The position numbers and the translations under genes were made by a program. 45,234 bases of DNA from an uncultured Thiotrichaceae bacterium. Lineage in GTDB: Bacteria; Pseudomonadota; Gammaproteobacteria; Thiotrichales; Thiotrichaceae. The stretch spans positions 1 through 45,234 of the forward strand of contig CALHAO010000227.1 in NCBI GenBank assembly GCA_937931765.1, given 5' to 3'. The stretch's first letter is position 1; each line of letters opens with the position of its first letter. A model generated the notes under the pieces. The model searched no databases, had not been told where the DNA came from, and was given only the letters and a program-made list of their open reading frames with translations. Below, in pieces: positions 29,199-38,843 of the stretch.

Positions 29199-29963
29199 AT
29201 GATCCAGTTTGGTATTTTTTTGGCTCTCGGAGGAGTAGTCGGCGCTCTGTTGCGGCAGCATAAGAAAGGGAAGGTTGTTATCAATAGAGCCGCTTTACCC
29301 AACTCCGAAGTGGAAAATAAAGGAGGCATGTCATTTGCTAAAAATAGTGCCGATAACAACAAGGTATTTGACGATGTTGATGAGTTAAACCATTATCAAA
29401 AAGTGGCCTTGTACACCTTCGCTTTGTCAGCGGCTAGCTCCTGGTTTTACCCTCCTGTCAGGCTCATTTGCTTCCCCTTATTAGGCTATAACACTTACCA
29501 CTTTTATCATACCATTCGCAATTCTGATAAAGTAAATCAGCGCTCTCCAATGACTGTATTTGAAGGTATTGGCGTAGTTGGTTCACTGCTAACAGGCAGC
29601 ATTGTTGCAGGTTCACTACTCTTACTGTTTGTGTTTGGCAGTCGTAAGTTATTATTAAATGCGGGTAATATTGCCAATAATATAGGTTTTTCTGATCCCT
29701 TTAAGCCACGCTATGCTCGTGTCTGGGTAATGCGCAATGGGGCCGAGATAGACTTAGCTGTCAGTGAAGTGATTGAGAGTGATATTATTATATTGAGAGC
29801 GGGAGAAATTGTCGTCATAGAAGGAGAAGTGCTGAGTGGTGAAGGCAATATTAGCCAATTTAGCTTGCACAAAAAAATGAAGATAATCTCCAAACAAAAA
29901 GGCGATCGAGTCTATCCTTTTACCCAGTTGGAGTCCGGGACTTTGCAGGTAAAAATGCTCTGA
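29199..29963 (+). CDS. Truncated P1B-ATPase-like protein (N-terminal TMs plus actuator domain only)
   Basis: VWVMRNGAEIDLAV..IIILRAGEIVVIEGEVLSGEGNISQFSL..KQKGDRV aligns with the A-domains of both full ATPases; no TGE, no DKTGT. Confidence 0.7.
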   Translation: MIQFGIFLALGGVVGALLRQHKKGKVVINRAALPNSEVENKGGMSFAKNSADNNKVFDDVDELNHYQKVALYTFALSAASSWFYPPVRLICFPLLGYNTYHFYHTIRNSDKVNQRSPMTVFEGIGVVGSLLTGSIVAGSLLLLFVFGSRKLLLNAGNIANNIGFSDPFKPRYARVWVMRNGAEIDLAVSEVIESDIIILRAGEIVVIEGEVLSGEGNISQFSLHKKMKIISKQKGDRVYPFTQLESGTLQVKML

Positions 29964-29998
29964 TATGATAGGCTCCGACGAACCTCATCACATTAGAT

Positions 29999-30480
29999 TT
30001 ATTTTTCACTGTGGTCTCTTTCTTTAGCTTTGGCTAATTGTTCTGCAAAGTGCTCTTTAGCCTCTTCAGGGTTAAAGTTTTCCAGCGTCCCGCCCATTCT
30101 CAAAGTGTTGTAGAAAAATCTTGCCCACTGCGTAAGTGGAAGCACTGCTCAATGCTGCGACACTGGCACCACCCGCTACAGTCCCTATGCCCGGAATGAG
30201 TTTAAACATGCTGCCAACCAATGGGGTCGCTGTGGTTAAGGTAACACCGCTAGTTAATGTTGACAGAGAGATACTCGCCAGATTCTTCTTAAAAGGTACA
30301 CCATAGAGTCTTGATAAGCGGAGTAACATTAGCCGCTGCACACCTACTAAACCGATAACATCTGCTACAGGAATTGGGATCAGTCCGGTTAAGCTGGAAC
30401 GAAAAGCATAATCTTTGATGATTTTATTGGCTTGCTGGGTACGATCTTCAGCTACTCTTTGAGGAATGGGGGTTATTCAT
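29999..30480 (-). pseudogene. DUF697 gene with two +1 homopolymer frameshifts
   Basis: Removing one base at 30468-30472 and one at 30093-30095 gives MNNPIPQRVAEDRTQQANKIIKDY..GLIPIPVAD..KLIPGIG..HFENGGTLENFNPEEAKEHF..* (159 aa). Confidence 0.8.
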
Positions 30481-31165
30481 AATAACCATCTAAGTAAACA
30501 ATTGAACCGGAGAGTGTTGTAGCTACTGATAATTGAAAGCCATCCATTAATTTGTTATCAAATTGCCAGTTTTTTTTCTGAGAAACAGTATGTATCTCTG
30601 TGTTTGTTATCTGCCACTTTTTATGGGTATCTTCAATAAATGAAAATGACTGTAGTGGAAGTGAAAAACCCAACCCAAGTGCTTTGATATAAGCCTCTTT
30701 CAACGTCCAGTAAGTAAAAAAGCGCCGTTCCCTTTGCGCAGAATCACTGATTGATAATATATCATCAGCCTCACGAGAAGAGAATGCATACCGACATAAA
30801 GCTTCAAAATCCTGTAGCGCTTTGTGCCGTTCAACATCAACACCAACGGCGGCGGCACTACTGACAGCACAGGTAATTAACCCGTGTGTGTGTGACAAGT
30901 TGAAATGCAACCATTCGTATCCTGGGTTGTTAATAAATGGCTTACCGTATGGATTGGTATTAAAACACCATTCATCTGGTGAGAGCGGTGCATATGTGCT
31001 CAGCAATTTGCGTAAAAAAATATGGGCTGCAGTATAAAGAGTCTGATCTTTATTAAACTTGAATTTTTTAGCACGACTACGCTCAGCTTCATTTAATAGT
31101 GATATATCCGTTGCCTGAACGGTGTCAGGTTGGATGGTGTGAACATAAACGCTGGTGTTATGCAT
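30473..31165 (-). CDS. Sfp-type 4'-phosphopantetheinyl transferase
   Basis: YGKP, FNLSHT, VGVDVE, WTLKEAYIKALG. Confidence 0.92.
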   Translation of the reverse strand: MHNTSVYVHTIQPDTVQATDISLLNEAERSRAKKFKFNKDQTLYTAAHIFLRKLLSTYAPLSPDEWCFNTNPYGKPFINNPGYEWLHFNLSHTHGLITCAVSSAAAVGVDVERHKALQDFEALCRYAFSSREADDILSISDSAQRERRFFTYWTLKEAYIKALGLGFSLPLQSFSFIEDTHKKWQITNTEIHTVSQKKNWQFDNKLMDGFQLSVATTLSGSIVYLDGYYE

Positions 31166-31446
31166 GTTGGGTCATACAAGTGACAGTCTTAAGTGGCCAA
31201 TAATGTTCTGACGGGTGTTGCTTAGGAAAAAATGATCTGCCGTGTAGCTGACGTGACCAAGGTTCTTCACGGTTTGGAGCAGCCAGAGTACTCCTACATA
31301 AGCTGTTGTTAAACAAATTTCAGGATCTATTGCATTTAAATATGTCTTAATAGTTTAGACCAATGCTCCAACAGCTTTTAGTTTAGGCTGAAGCTATCTA
31401 TAAGATTCTCCTAATCCAGCGGATGATGTGGAAATTCTGAATACTA

Positions 31447-33087
31447 TCAAGGGGGTACATTGATATTTTGTGCTTCAATCTGACCTTCATGCATTTTCAG
31501 CACACGATCAGCAACATGAAAGTAATGGTCATCGTGAGTAACCGCAATGATCGTTTTACCCATAGCCCGAATTTCACCCAGCAAAGTCTCATAAAAGTAC
31601 TGGCGAAACTGTGGATCTTGATCTGCAGCAAATTCATCAACCACCAATATGGGTTTGTCTTCCAGCATTGCAGCAATGAGTGCCAGCCGCTTACGCTGCC
31701 CGGTTGATAAGTTAGTACTGGTAAAGCCGCCTTCCTTGTAACTGACTTTGTGCTGTATCTGCATTTTTTCCAGCCAATAATTAACTTTTTCTATATCAGC
31801 ATTGGGTACGCCATAGAATTTATCGAACAAATGGAAGTCGGTAAATATAATTGAAAACAAATTTCGGTAGGCTTGGAAGTTAGCTTCGGTTATCCGAATA
31901 TCATCAACATCAATACTGCCTGTATCGGAGTAATAGAGGCCAGTTAGTAGTTTGAGAAAGGTGGATTTCCCACTACCATTGCCACCAATAATAAAAAGAA
32001 GCTCATTTTTTGTTATTACCTCGTTAAAGGGGCCTGATACAAACGCCGTGCCTTCATCCTGATTCGGATAGGAAAAGCTTAATTCATTAATGATTATAGA
32101 TTGAAAGTCACTTAGATCTGTTTCTTCATCTGTGCTTTCTGAAGAATCAGCTATTGCATCATCCATCGCAGCTTCCAGTGTAAATAGATCTTCAATAGCC
32201 ATACTGACCCGGTTGATCGTTGGGATCATGTTTACCAGGATGGTTGACGGGCCGATCAGGAATAGCAATGTTGCAGAAATCTTAAATATATTGCTGGCAT
32301 GTTCGTGGCTGAAAGTGGGTATGATAAATACAACTATCGGCAGCAAGGCATAAATAAACAGGCGTCCAAACCCCCATAAACGTGATTCCTTCTTCATCAG
32401 AGTAGATTTGATGTCCTGGGCCGTATTGGAAACGCCTGCGATTCTTGACAGTAAGTCCTGACCTTTCTTGCGATTTATTTTGACTTCTTTGAAGCCATTA
32501 ACCAGATGTGAAATAGATTTAAAGTAGACTTCCTCTTTCTGTTGTACTGCTGCCAGCGATTTTTTGGTAAAGCGCGTTTGTGCGATAAAATACAATATGC
32601 CCAACGCCATAGCTATCAGTGTTATCAGGAGGCTAACGGGAGAAATATACCCAAGATAAAGCAAGGAAAAGACCATCAACGTGAACATTTGGAACGCAGC
32701 AACGATCATTGGCACTGACTGTGAAACCAAAGTGTCATTCTGAGTGAGCCGACCGTATAAGGTGTTAGAACCCATGTTTTCGATGAAAGCCAGCTCCACT
32801 TGTTGAACCTTACCAGTAAGCCGGGTTCTGACTTTAAAAATAGCCGTTTCGATTACCATAATCGCACGTTCAAATGCATACCATTGTGCATACAGGAATA
32901 GGGCGAAGGTACACATGTACAAAAAGAAGTACTGAGTCAGGTTCTCGTGGTTGGCGACGGCGGCTGTCGCATGATTAACAATGCCAATCAGTAAGGTATT
33001 GGCTACTCCGGAAATAGCCGCAATCAGGATGATATAATGGTACGACTCAGTTGTTTCCCGGTTAAGAAACCTGATAAGTAACTTCAT
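31447..33087 (-). CDS. Cyclic-peptide export ABC transporter (SyrD/PvdE/YojI family)
   Basis: TMD plus GFKEVK, GGNGSGKST, LSTGQRKRLAL, DEFAADQDPQFR, THDDHYF. Confidence 0.92.
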   Translation of the reverse strand: MKLLIRFLNRETTESYHYIILIAAISGVANTLLIGIVNHATAAVANHENLTQYFFLYMCTFALFLYAQWYAFERAIMVIETAIFKVRTRLTGKVQQVELAFIENMGSNTLYGRLTQNDTLVSQSVPMIVAAFQMFTLMVFSLLYLGYISPVSLLITLIAMALGILYFIAQTRFTKKSLAAVQQKEEVYFKSISHLVNGFKEVKINRKKGQDLLSRIAGVSNTAQDIKSTLMKKESRLWGFGRLFIYALLPIVVFIIPTFSHEHASNIFKISATLLFLIGPSTILVNMIPTINRVSMAIEDLFTLEAAMDDAIADSSESTDEETDLSDFQSIIINELSFSYPNQDEGTAFVSGPFNEVITKNELLFIIGGNGSGKSTFLKLLTGLYYSDTGSIDVDDIRITEANFQAYRNLFSIIFTDFHLFDKFYGVPNADIEKVNYWLEKMQIQHKVSYKEGGFTSTNLSTGQRKRLALIAAMLEDKPILVVDEFAADQDPQFRQYFYETLLGEIRAMGKTIIAVTHDDHYFHVADRVLKMHEGQIEAQNINVPP

Positions 33088-33366
33088 AACTTAACCAGCA
33101 TGTAGCCGTGCTGCACGTATAAGTGAGAATACGGGGTACACAAACGTGTTACCCATCTTTTAACGGTTGGTAAGAGTAATGTCATTAGCACAGATTTTAG
33201 CATGATTCTGTTATGTAGAATCATGCAGCAGTTCTTGATCATCCGACAAGAATGAATGGCTATCTTCAAATCAGAATCCAGCTATGAGTTGGTTTGAGCA
33301 TTTAACTCCCTTCAAGGCAAGGAAAACCTGAAGGTTAAGTGAGTTGACATAGCTTTGTAAGCCAGC

Positions 33367-33382
33367 TTAACAATTCTTGACA
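33367..33382 (-). promoter_or_regulatory. Direct-repeat box TGTCAA-gaat-TGTTAA
   Basis: Perfect consensus match upstream of the ABC exporter. Confidence 0.7.
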
Positions 33383-33420
33383 TTTTTTCGGAGTGTAGGG
33401 TGTTTTAAATGCCTGTTTAT

Positions 33421-35412
33421 TCAAGGTTTTGACCGCTTGTGTTTTAATAACGGTAACGCAGAATTGGCTGCGCCAGCACCTAAACTCAGCAAATAAAGAC
33501 TGACCGCGCCATATACCCGCATGTGCAGGAGGAAAACCGCTCCGATACCCACAATACCAGGCAATAATGACCAGGCCATACCGGATTTGATATTCCGGTC
33601 AAAACCTTTTGCCAAGTCAAAAAGGGTGCCCAACTGTTGCAGATTTTTATCCAGTAAGACAATGCTGGCAGCATCCGTAGCCACAGTCGTGGCACCAGCC
33701 ATAGAAATAGCAACCTCGGCTTTTTTCATGGCGATAGCATCGTTAATACCATCACCAATAAAACAGACTTTATGCCCCTTGGCCTGTAACGTTTCAATGT
33801 AACGGGCTTTATCTTGTGGCAAGGCTTGTGCCTGGTAATGTTTAATACCCAGAGACTCAGCCAATTGCCGGGTTGGCTGTACCTGATCGCCAGAGAGGAT
33901 GTGTAGCTGTAAATTACTTTTTTGCAGTTTGCGTATCAGGTCAGGTATTTCAGGACGGGTTTTTGCCTGTAATTCAATGACACCAGCCAGTTCACCATCA
34001 ACAGCCAGGTAGACCAAAGAATGGCTGGTTTCTGTGTCATGCCAATCAGCATGATCCGTCAATGGTACGGATTCTGACTCCATAAAACGCTGACTGCCGA
34101 GAAGAATAGTCTGTGCCTGGATACGGGCACGAATGCCGTAGCCCAGTTCGTAGTGTATATGATCGCCAGACACTGGTTTGATGCCCCGTTGAGCAGCTAT
34201 TTCCAGTATCGCACGTGCTACAGGATGTGTTTGGTGGTGCTCAACTGTGGCGGCTAATGCCAAGACCTGATTTTCGTCAAAGCTATGGCAGGTGTGAATT
34301 CGGGTAACCTCAGGTTTTTCCTGTGTCAGGGTGCCAGTCTTATCAAAAACGACCGTATTAACCTCCGCCAGTAGCTCCAGAGCACGCCCATCTTTAATCA
34401 AAATACCTTGTTGTGCTGCAATTTTAAGATGATTCAACACACCAAGTGGAATGGTAATACGAACAATATCTGAAAAGTTACAGTTGGCAATAGCTGTCGC
34501 TCCAACCGGCCCTAGTTTCCCCAATGCAATACCACTAAGTGCTAGTGTGGGGAGCGTTAGCTGATTGGCCACCCGGGTGCTACGTGCTTCTACTGCCGAT
34601 TTGAAATCCAGGGTATTTTGCAGCACTTCACCAATCTGAGCAGCAACAGTATCTTTGCCCGCTTTATCAACACGTATATTTAGCTGACCCGCTATCAATA
34701 CGGTGCTGGCAAAGACTTCATCTCCCACTGTCTTTTCCTGTGGTTGTGCTTCACCAGTCAGCATGTGCTGATCAACTGTTGCAGTGCCTGCTACAACTGA
34801 CCCATCAAATGGTATGCTTTCTCCGGTATAAATAACAACGGTATGCCCAACTTTTACCTGTTCAAAAAGCGTTTCTACTTCAACACCATCTTGCAGAAGC
34901 CAGACATGACGAGGCGTATCACTAAACAATTCGAGTATGTTCTGACTGGCATTATCTTCAGTTTTTAGTAATACTTTTTGGCCTAAAAAATACATGCTGT
35001 TGACAACAGTGGCTGAGAAATAGTAACCCGTTGCCACTGTGCCAATAACTGCCACTGAATCAATAATAGAAGAGTGTAATTTACGTTTTTCCCGCCAATA
35101 ACTCCAAGCATCCCGAAAGATAGGCGCAGAACTATAGAGAGTCAACGGTATGGCAATCAACAATAGAGACGGCAGAACTAACCAGCCTAGTCCGGTAGTT
35201 CCCATCGCTAGTAAAGAAACCTGCAAATCCTTATCAGTTTCCTGTCTCCTTTGCCGTATATCCTGCTGATGCTTTTCAACCAGAGGTTTGATGACATGAT
35301 TTTTAGGTGTAGTCACTGGTGTTGTCGGTTGTTTTTTCTTCTTTTTATGTAGCCACGAAGCTATTCCAGCCACAGTAATACTACTACCTATAATGATCAA
35401 CGGAAGTGGCAT
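33421..35412 (-). CDS. Atypical P1B-type ATPase lacking CPC/HMA motifs
   Basis: LTGEA, FDKTGTLT, THPVA and GDGINDA present; the TM4 equivalent reads NCNFSDIVRITIP. Confidence 0.88.
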   Translation of the reverse strand: MPLPLIIIGSSITVAGIASWLHKKKKKQPTTPVTTPKNHVIKPLVEKHQQDIRQRRQETDKDLQVSLLAMGTTGLGWLVLPSLLLIAIPLTLYSSAPIFRDAWSYWREKRKLHSSIIDSVAVIGTVATGYYFSATVVNSMYFLGQKVLLKTEDNASQNILELFSDTPRHVWLLQDGVEVETLFEQVKVGHTVVIYTGESIPFDGSVVAGTATVDQHMLTGEAQPQEKTVGDEVFASTVLIAGQLNIRVDKAGKDTVAAQIGEVLQNTLDFKSAVEARSTRVANQLTLPTLALSGIALGKLGPVGATAIANCNFSDIVRITIPLGVLNHLKIAAQQGILIKDGRALELLAEVNTVVFDKTGTLTQEKPEVTRIHTCHSFDENQVLALAATVEHHQTHPVARAILEIAAQRGIKPVSGDHIHYELGYGIRARIQAQTILLGSQRFMESESVPLTDHADWHDTETSHSLVYLAVDGELAGVIELQAKTRPEIPDLIRKLQKSNLQLHILSGDQVQPTRQLAESLGIKHYQAQALPQDKARYIETLQAKGHKVCFIGDGINDAIAMKKAEVAISMAGATTVATDAASIVLLDKNLQQLGTLFDLAKGFDRNIKSGMAWSLLPGIVGIGAVFLLHMRVYGAVSLYLLSLGAGAANSALPLLKHKRSKP

Positions 35413-35524
35413 ACCTAATTTCCGAATTTATTAAAATAATCGGGGTTATTACTCATCAAAGTACTATCTCATGGTAATTAATCAATAAAAGGTACCTCTA
35501 AATACCTTCTGATAGATAGGTAAC

Positions 35525-35540
35525 TTCACAATTCTTCACC
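35525..35540 (-). promoter_or_regulatory. Weak box GGTGAA-gaat-TGTGAA
   Basis: Same 10-bp period and gaat spacer, upstream of the ATPase; several mismatches. Confidence 0.3.
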
Positions 35541-35544
35541 TAAT

Positions 35545-36912
35545 CTAGCTGTCTGGTGAGCGTGCTTTTGTCCATATAAGCCATGCTGTAGCACCTGTTA
35601 ATAAAAAAAGTAATGCCCATGCCAGCCAAATACCCCTGAAATTACCTAGCCAGTTCTGTTGTGTTACTTTTGGTTTTGTAGGTACAAGTGCAAGGTAAGC
35701 ATGTAATTGTGCTGGTTTGTCTGTCTGTGTCTTAGCAGGTGATGCATACATATAAAGACTATTACTAGCAGTTAAGTAAGTTAGTGATTGCAAAGTATCA
35801 GAATTAAATAATTCAAAATGATTGTTTGCAGTATCCAACATAAGTGCAGATACGGCTTGTGGGGTTGCTGGTGCCTCCTGACTAAAGACAGCAAGCTGGT
35901 TTAAACGTTGCCAGCGCACTGTGTCATGAGCATCTCGGCAATTGTCTGGTAGCGTAGCCAACAAGTGGCAACCGACAACAGCTACCTGTTGTTCAGCAGA
36001 CCAAGAACGATTAGCGTGCACCGGACTGTTCCACAAACGTATACGGCCATTTTTCCCTGCCGGATATTCCAGTACATGTACTGTTTTGCGATCTGCTAAC
36101 AACACATTACTGGCAAAAGAATAATAACGGTACTGTAAAAAATAAGTGGCTTCTGATATAGCTTGGTATTCCCGCAGCGCTTTTCGTAAATCAAATACAC
36201 TAGAATATGCATTGTCTATCTGGATATTGTTAGCCAAATAAGGTGAATAGGGTTCGGCATTTAATAATGTTAAAAAAAGCCCTTGCTGATTGAAGCCACT
36301 GAGTATTGACGTTAAACCGGCAAAACCAATGCTGACAACAGTAGTATCTGCATATTGATAAACTGTAATGGCTTGTAGACTGCGTAATTGATTACTAATT
36401 TTCCAGTCAAGATTACGAGCAACAACTGTACCATTAGCTGCTACCGAATCAAATACACCAAAGCCAGAACCACCAGGGGCAAGACCAAGATCTGGCAAGA
36501 AATTAAGTAACTGGTATTCGTCTAAAGAAAGTTTTCCATCACCGGGCGTACTTTCGTTGGCCATATCCCACGCACTAACTACACCGATCATTTCCTCTTT
36601 ATATTCTGGGTTCACTTTTTTTAATAAATTAGGCAGTGTTTTTTCTTTAACTTCTTTAAATTTTCGTGGGCTAAATAAACTATTTAAATGTGCATCATAA
36701 TGTTTTTCAATATTCGGAAATAGCTTCTTGCTTTGACTTCCCAGAGATAATCCTGCCTGCAGAGAAGATAGCTCATCAAGGCTGACACGGATCACTGGCA
36801 GTTTTACGTTGGTGGCATAGGCAGGAAAGCTTATAATTACTAACAGTATTCCAATAAATAGCCCTATAATGGGAGTCCCATATTTAAATATGGCGCATGT
36901 GCATTGTTTCAT
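35545..36912 (-). CDS. C45/Ntn-hydrolase-like exported protein with C-terminal TM anchor
   Basis: VVARNLDW, LSGFNQQGL, NVLLAD; PGGSGFGV where the Cys nucleophile is expected. Confidence 0.68.
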   Translation of the reverse strand: MKQCTCAIFKYGTPIIGLFIGILLVIISFPAYATNVKLPVIRVSLDELSSLQAGLSLGSQSKKLFPNIEKHYDAHLNSLFSPRKFKEVKEKTLPNLLKKVNPEYKEEMIGVVSAWDMANESTPGDGKLSLDEYQLLNFLPDLGLAPGGSGFGVFDSVAANGTVVARNLDWKISNQLRSLQAITVYQYADTTVVSIGFAGLTSILSGFNQQGLFLTLLNAEPYSPYLANNIQIDNAYSSVFDLRKALREYQAISEATYFLQYRYYSFASNVLLADRKTVHVLEYPAGKNGRIRLWNSPVHANRSWSAEQQVAVVGCHLLATLPDNCRDAHDTVRWQRLNQLAVFSQEAPATPQAVSALMLDTANNHFELFNSDTLQSLTYLTASNSLYMYASPAKTQTDKPAQLHAYLALVPTKPKVTQQNWLGNFRGIWLAWALLFLLTGATAWLIWTKARSPDS

Positions 36913-38813
36913 TCTGCGTATTTCTGTGTTTGTTTTTTTCTGCGGAACATAAGTAGAAATAGCATAATATGTGCCATCACTACGCTGTAGGTTATCGCTA
37001 TGGCGATACCCTTCATTTGGGTTACCATTTGTAGTAAATCGGGTGCACTAAATGTGTTTTCTGTACCAAATAATGCGACACTCACTGCCCCCCAGATACT
37101 GGCAAAGCCATGAATAGCAATCAGTTGTGCCACGATAACCTGTCCGTCCTTCCTTAAAAAAGTTTTACGCAATAAACTAAATGCCAGATTCTGCACTAAC
37201 CCTGCTACAGCACCTATCACCAGTGCTTCAACAAAGGTTACGCTTTGCGCGCAGGCAGCAATCGCCACCAATCCACTGATAAAACCACCATATAGCATTT
37301 GGGAGACATGATTTTTGTCAGTATTAAAAAAGTTACAATGCATAAACGCTATCAGGCTGCCCATGATGCCAGCTAAACTGACATTCAATAAAACAGTTGG
37401 CACCTGTTCATCAGTGATAGAGAGGTTGCCTGCTGAAAACCCCAGCCAGCTCATCCATAATAATAAAATAATAGGTGATGAATACAGCGAATATTTTAAC
37501 GGTTGTTCAGACGGTTGCGAAGGTGATGAACGTTCAAGCTTCAGCATCATTGTAAGGGCAAACCATGCGGCTACAGCGTGGATAATGATAGAGCCGGATT
37601 GATCAATAAAACCGATACCATCCAGCCATCCTTTGTTAGTAGGGACAAAGTGACTGGCCCAACCCCAATGTCCAAAGATTGGCATGATAACGGCACCAAT
37701 AGCAAAAGCCAAAAATAAATGCGCTAAACTAGATAGATATTTTGAAATAGCAGTATAAATAATCAAAGCTGCAAACATAATAAAACCACTTTTATACAGC
37801 AGCAGCTTAATGAAAGGTATATTAGCCATTATGTTTTCTGCGGTTTCTTTTTCCTGGTCGGGGTGAGTTATGGTCGCTTGCACGATCAGATAGCTTTCAC
37901 TACCCACTAAGCCTGCATAGGTTGTGCCATACGTTAGGCTAAAACCTATGGCGAAGTAGCCAAGAAATGAACCCATACAAACTAATAAGATCTCTTGATT
38001 TTGTTTTATATTGCTATTGGAGAAAGTATTATTATTAAAGTTATTGGAAAGGGCAAAAGCTAATGGAGCAAGAAACACCAGCACAGTAGCCAATAAGCGC
38101 CATAGTCGATTCAGATTTTCAGCAGTGATTGTTTCAATGCTCTGGCTTTTATCAGCATTCTGACTATCTTTTAATTCTCCAGAAAATCGTTTTACACTTT
38201 CCCTTATGCTACTAATGCGAATCAAAATTTCATAAAGACGAATTGAGTTATCTTCAATCAATGATTTTTGTGTATCCAAATCTGTTGCATTAGCACGAAT
38301 ATCACGGGTAGATTCAAGTAACTCTTCGTGAACTTTCTCAATATTGCTGGAATTAACATTGATGCTACTGCGACTTTCATCTAATCCGTTATAGGCGTTT
38401 TTTAACTTGTTTTCGATTAGTTCCAGTCCATCACGCACAGCTTGCATGCTACTATGATTGATGCTGGATTTTTCTTTACTGCTATCGATTTCTTTACTCA
38501 ACGATTCCAGGGTTTGTTGAATGATATCGAGGTCAGCAATACTGTTTTTGATTTCTGATTCAGCTTGTTGTTGCGGTGATAATTCCTCATCTTTATTAGA
38601 TGAAGTATTGGTTCCTTGCCCTGAATTTTCCCTGGTATTTCCCTGTGGTTCAGAAGTGGTTAGATTATCGTTCCCTGTTACTGGAGTAATTCCCTGTTCT
38701 GCTAAACTTGGGTTTGCAAGTATTAACAATAACACCAACAAAGATAGTCTGCTATTAGTGAATAAAGAGCTGAGTCCAAACGATGTTAACTTGAAACGTG
38801 GAAGAATCATCAT
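36909..38813 (-). CDS. Ammonium transporter (Amt)-like protein with N-terminal signal and long coiled coil
   Basis: GHWGW, GWLDGIGFIDQSGSIIIH, LLWMSWLGF, GFISGLVAIAA, IAIHG..IWG. Confidence 0.8.
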   Translation of the reverse strand: MMILPRFKLTSFGLSSLFTNSRLSLLVLLLILANPSLAEQGITPVTGNDNLTTSEPQGNTRENSGQGTNTSSNKDEELSPQQQAESEIKNSIADLDIIQQTLESLSKEIDSSKEKSSINHSSMQAVRDGLELIENKLKNAYNGLDESRSSINVNSSNIEKVHEELLESTRDIRANATDLDTQKSLIEDNSIRLYEILIRISSIRESVKRFSGELKDSQNADKSQSIETITAENLNRLWRLLATVLVFLAPLAFALSNNFNNNTFSNSNIKQNQEILLVCMGSFLGYFAIGFSLTYGTTYAGLVGSESYLIVQATITHPDQEKETAENIMANIPFIKLLLYKSGFIMFAALIIYTAISKYLSSLAHLFLAFAIGAVIMPIFGHWGWASHFVPTNKGWLDGIGFIDQSGSIIIHAVAAWFALTMMLKLERSSPSQPSEQPLKYSLYSSPIILLLWMSWLGFSAGNLSITDEQVPTVLLNVSLAGIMGSLIAFMHCNFFNTDKNHVSQMLYGGFISGLVAIAACAQSVTFVEALVIGAVAGLVQNLAFSLLRKTFLRKDGQVIVAQLIAIHGFASIWGAVSVALFGTENTFSAPDLLQMVTQMKGIAIAITYSVVMAHIMLFLLMFRRKKQTQKYAE

Positions 38814-38843
38814 AAGTTCATCCTAAAATAGTCACACGGTAAT

